Below are positions 63,051 to 63,880 of a stretch of 63,880 nucleotides of DNA, one piece after another. The position numbers and the translations under genes were made by a program. The DNA lies in assembly GCA_051453625.1 (NCBI GenBank), contig JBOZIK010000001.1, positions 47,736,809-47,800,688 of the forward strand. The letters are read 5' to 3'. Below the pieces are notes generated by a model that saw nothing but the letters and a program-made list of their open reading frames with translations, was not told the origin of the DNA and made no database searches. The stretch is from Welwitschia mirabilis (Eukaryota). The stretch's first letter is position 1. Each line of letters begins with the position of its first letter.

Positions 63051-63880
63051 CAGGACTTATCCCTGTGTTTCTTTCCCGCCGGTCTATTGTGTCTTCTGCC
63101 CTGTTATATCCTCCTTTCTGATGTCATTTCTTTGGCATTCATTACCATTTCTCCCTAATGCGCATTCATTTGCTGTTATCTGCTGGTGTTCCAGTGTTCT
63201 CTTTTTGTTGCCCTAATCTTCTGGCATTCTGGTGTTGTGCCGTCTGATGCGCGTTATCTGTCGTTCTGCCGTCTCTGTGATGGCGCCTCTCACTACCATC
63301 GTCAAGCATTGCTGATTGTCCATCCTCCTATTTTTAGCGCTCCTTGTCTGCTTCACCATTTTGGCGTTTTGCTACCTGTTCTTCCTCTGATCGTCTGTGA
63401 TGTATGCTTTCCCCCGCGCATCACTTCTTTGGTGTGATCTGATGGGTGTGAGCATCGTCGCCTCCTTTATGCCATTGCTTTGGTGTTCCTCGTTGCCCTC
63501 TTGCTTTCTCTTTGATGATCCACCTTCTCCAGTTACCCCTGTTTGTCCCCCGGTTCTCTGTCTCCTCCTGGCCTGTAATCAAATCGTAGCCTCTCTTTTT
63601 ACCGTTTTTTGCTTATGTCTTTTTTATCCCTCCTTTCTTTCATTCCTGAACGCTCCTCCTCCTTTGAATTCCACTCTTCTTTCCCCTACCCTAAACGCGC
63701 CATCTATTTCGCCTCTAGATCTAGCTTTACTATGTGTTGCTCCTCTTTTCCCGTGTGGATCTTGTTTCTTTCAGGCTGTTTCTCTGTTCTGTGGTAAAGC
63801 TTCTTCTATGCTCTTGATCTGCTATGATCTCCATTGATTCGCTCCCCCTTTGAACACTGGATTCCTTGCCTTAAGATAAC

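Overview
Eukaryotic (seed-plant-type), very AT-rich, scaffolded (8 N gaps) intergenic or heterochromatin-like DNA made almost entirely of old, nested LTR retrotransposons. I found no intact host gene, RNA gene or CRISPR array. From left to right: (1) an Athila-type Ty3/gypsy 5' end (gag remnant, PBS, LTR, minus strand); (2) a probable solo LTR at 3068-6319 containing another LTR-like insert; (3) a short-LTR Ty1/copia (Tork/Tnt1-like) structure at 8475-17910 that carries two diverged copies of pol either side of a 100-N gap and has no TSD; (4) a four-layer nest of Tat-type pol < Sirevirus B < Sirevirus C < pol-less Athila derivative with a TSD; (5) a second Athila-like internal region with its 3' LTR; (6) a full-length decayed Sirevirus at 45050-56340 with a perfect CTTTA TSD, palindromic motif arrays, multiple PPTs and an extra 'env-like' ORF; (7) gypsy RNase H and Athila gag remnants. 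All coding regions are broken by stops or frameshifts. I see no convincing new biological system. The best leads are the double-pol copia, the pol-less Athila derivative, and the Sirevirus AGACGTCT palindrome arrays and extra ORF. All alignments and translations were done by eye, so boundaries without TG..CA/TSD support are approximate.
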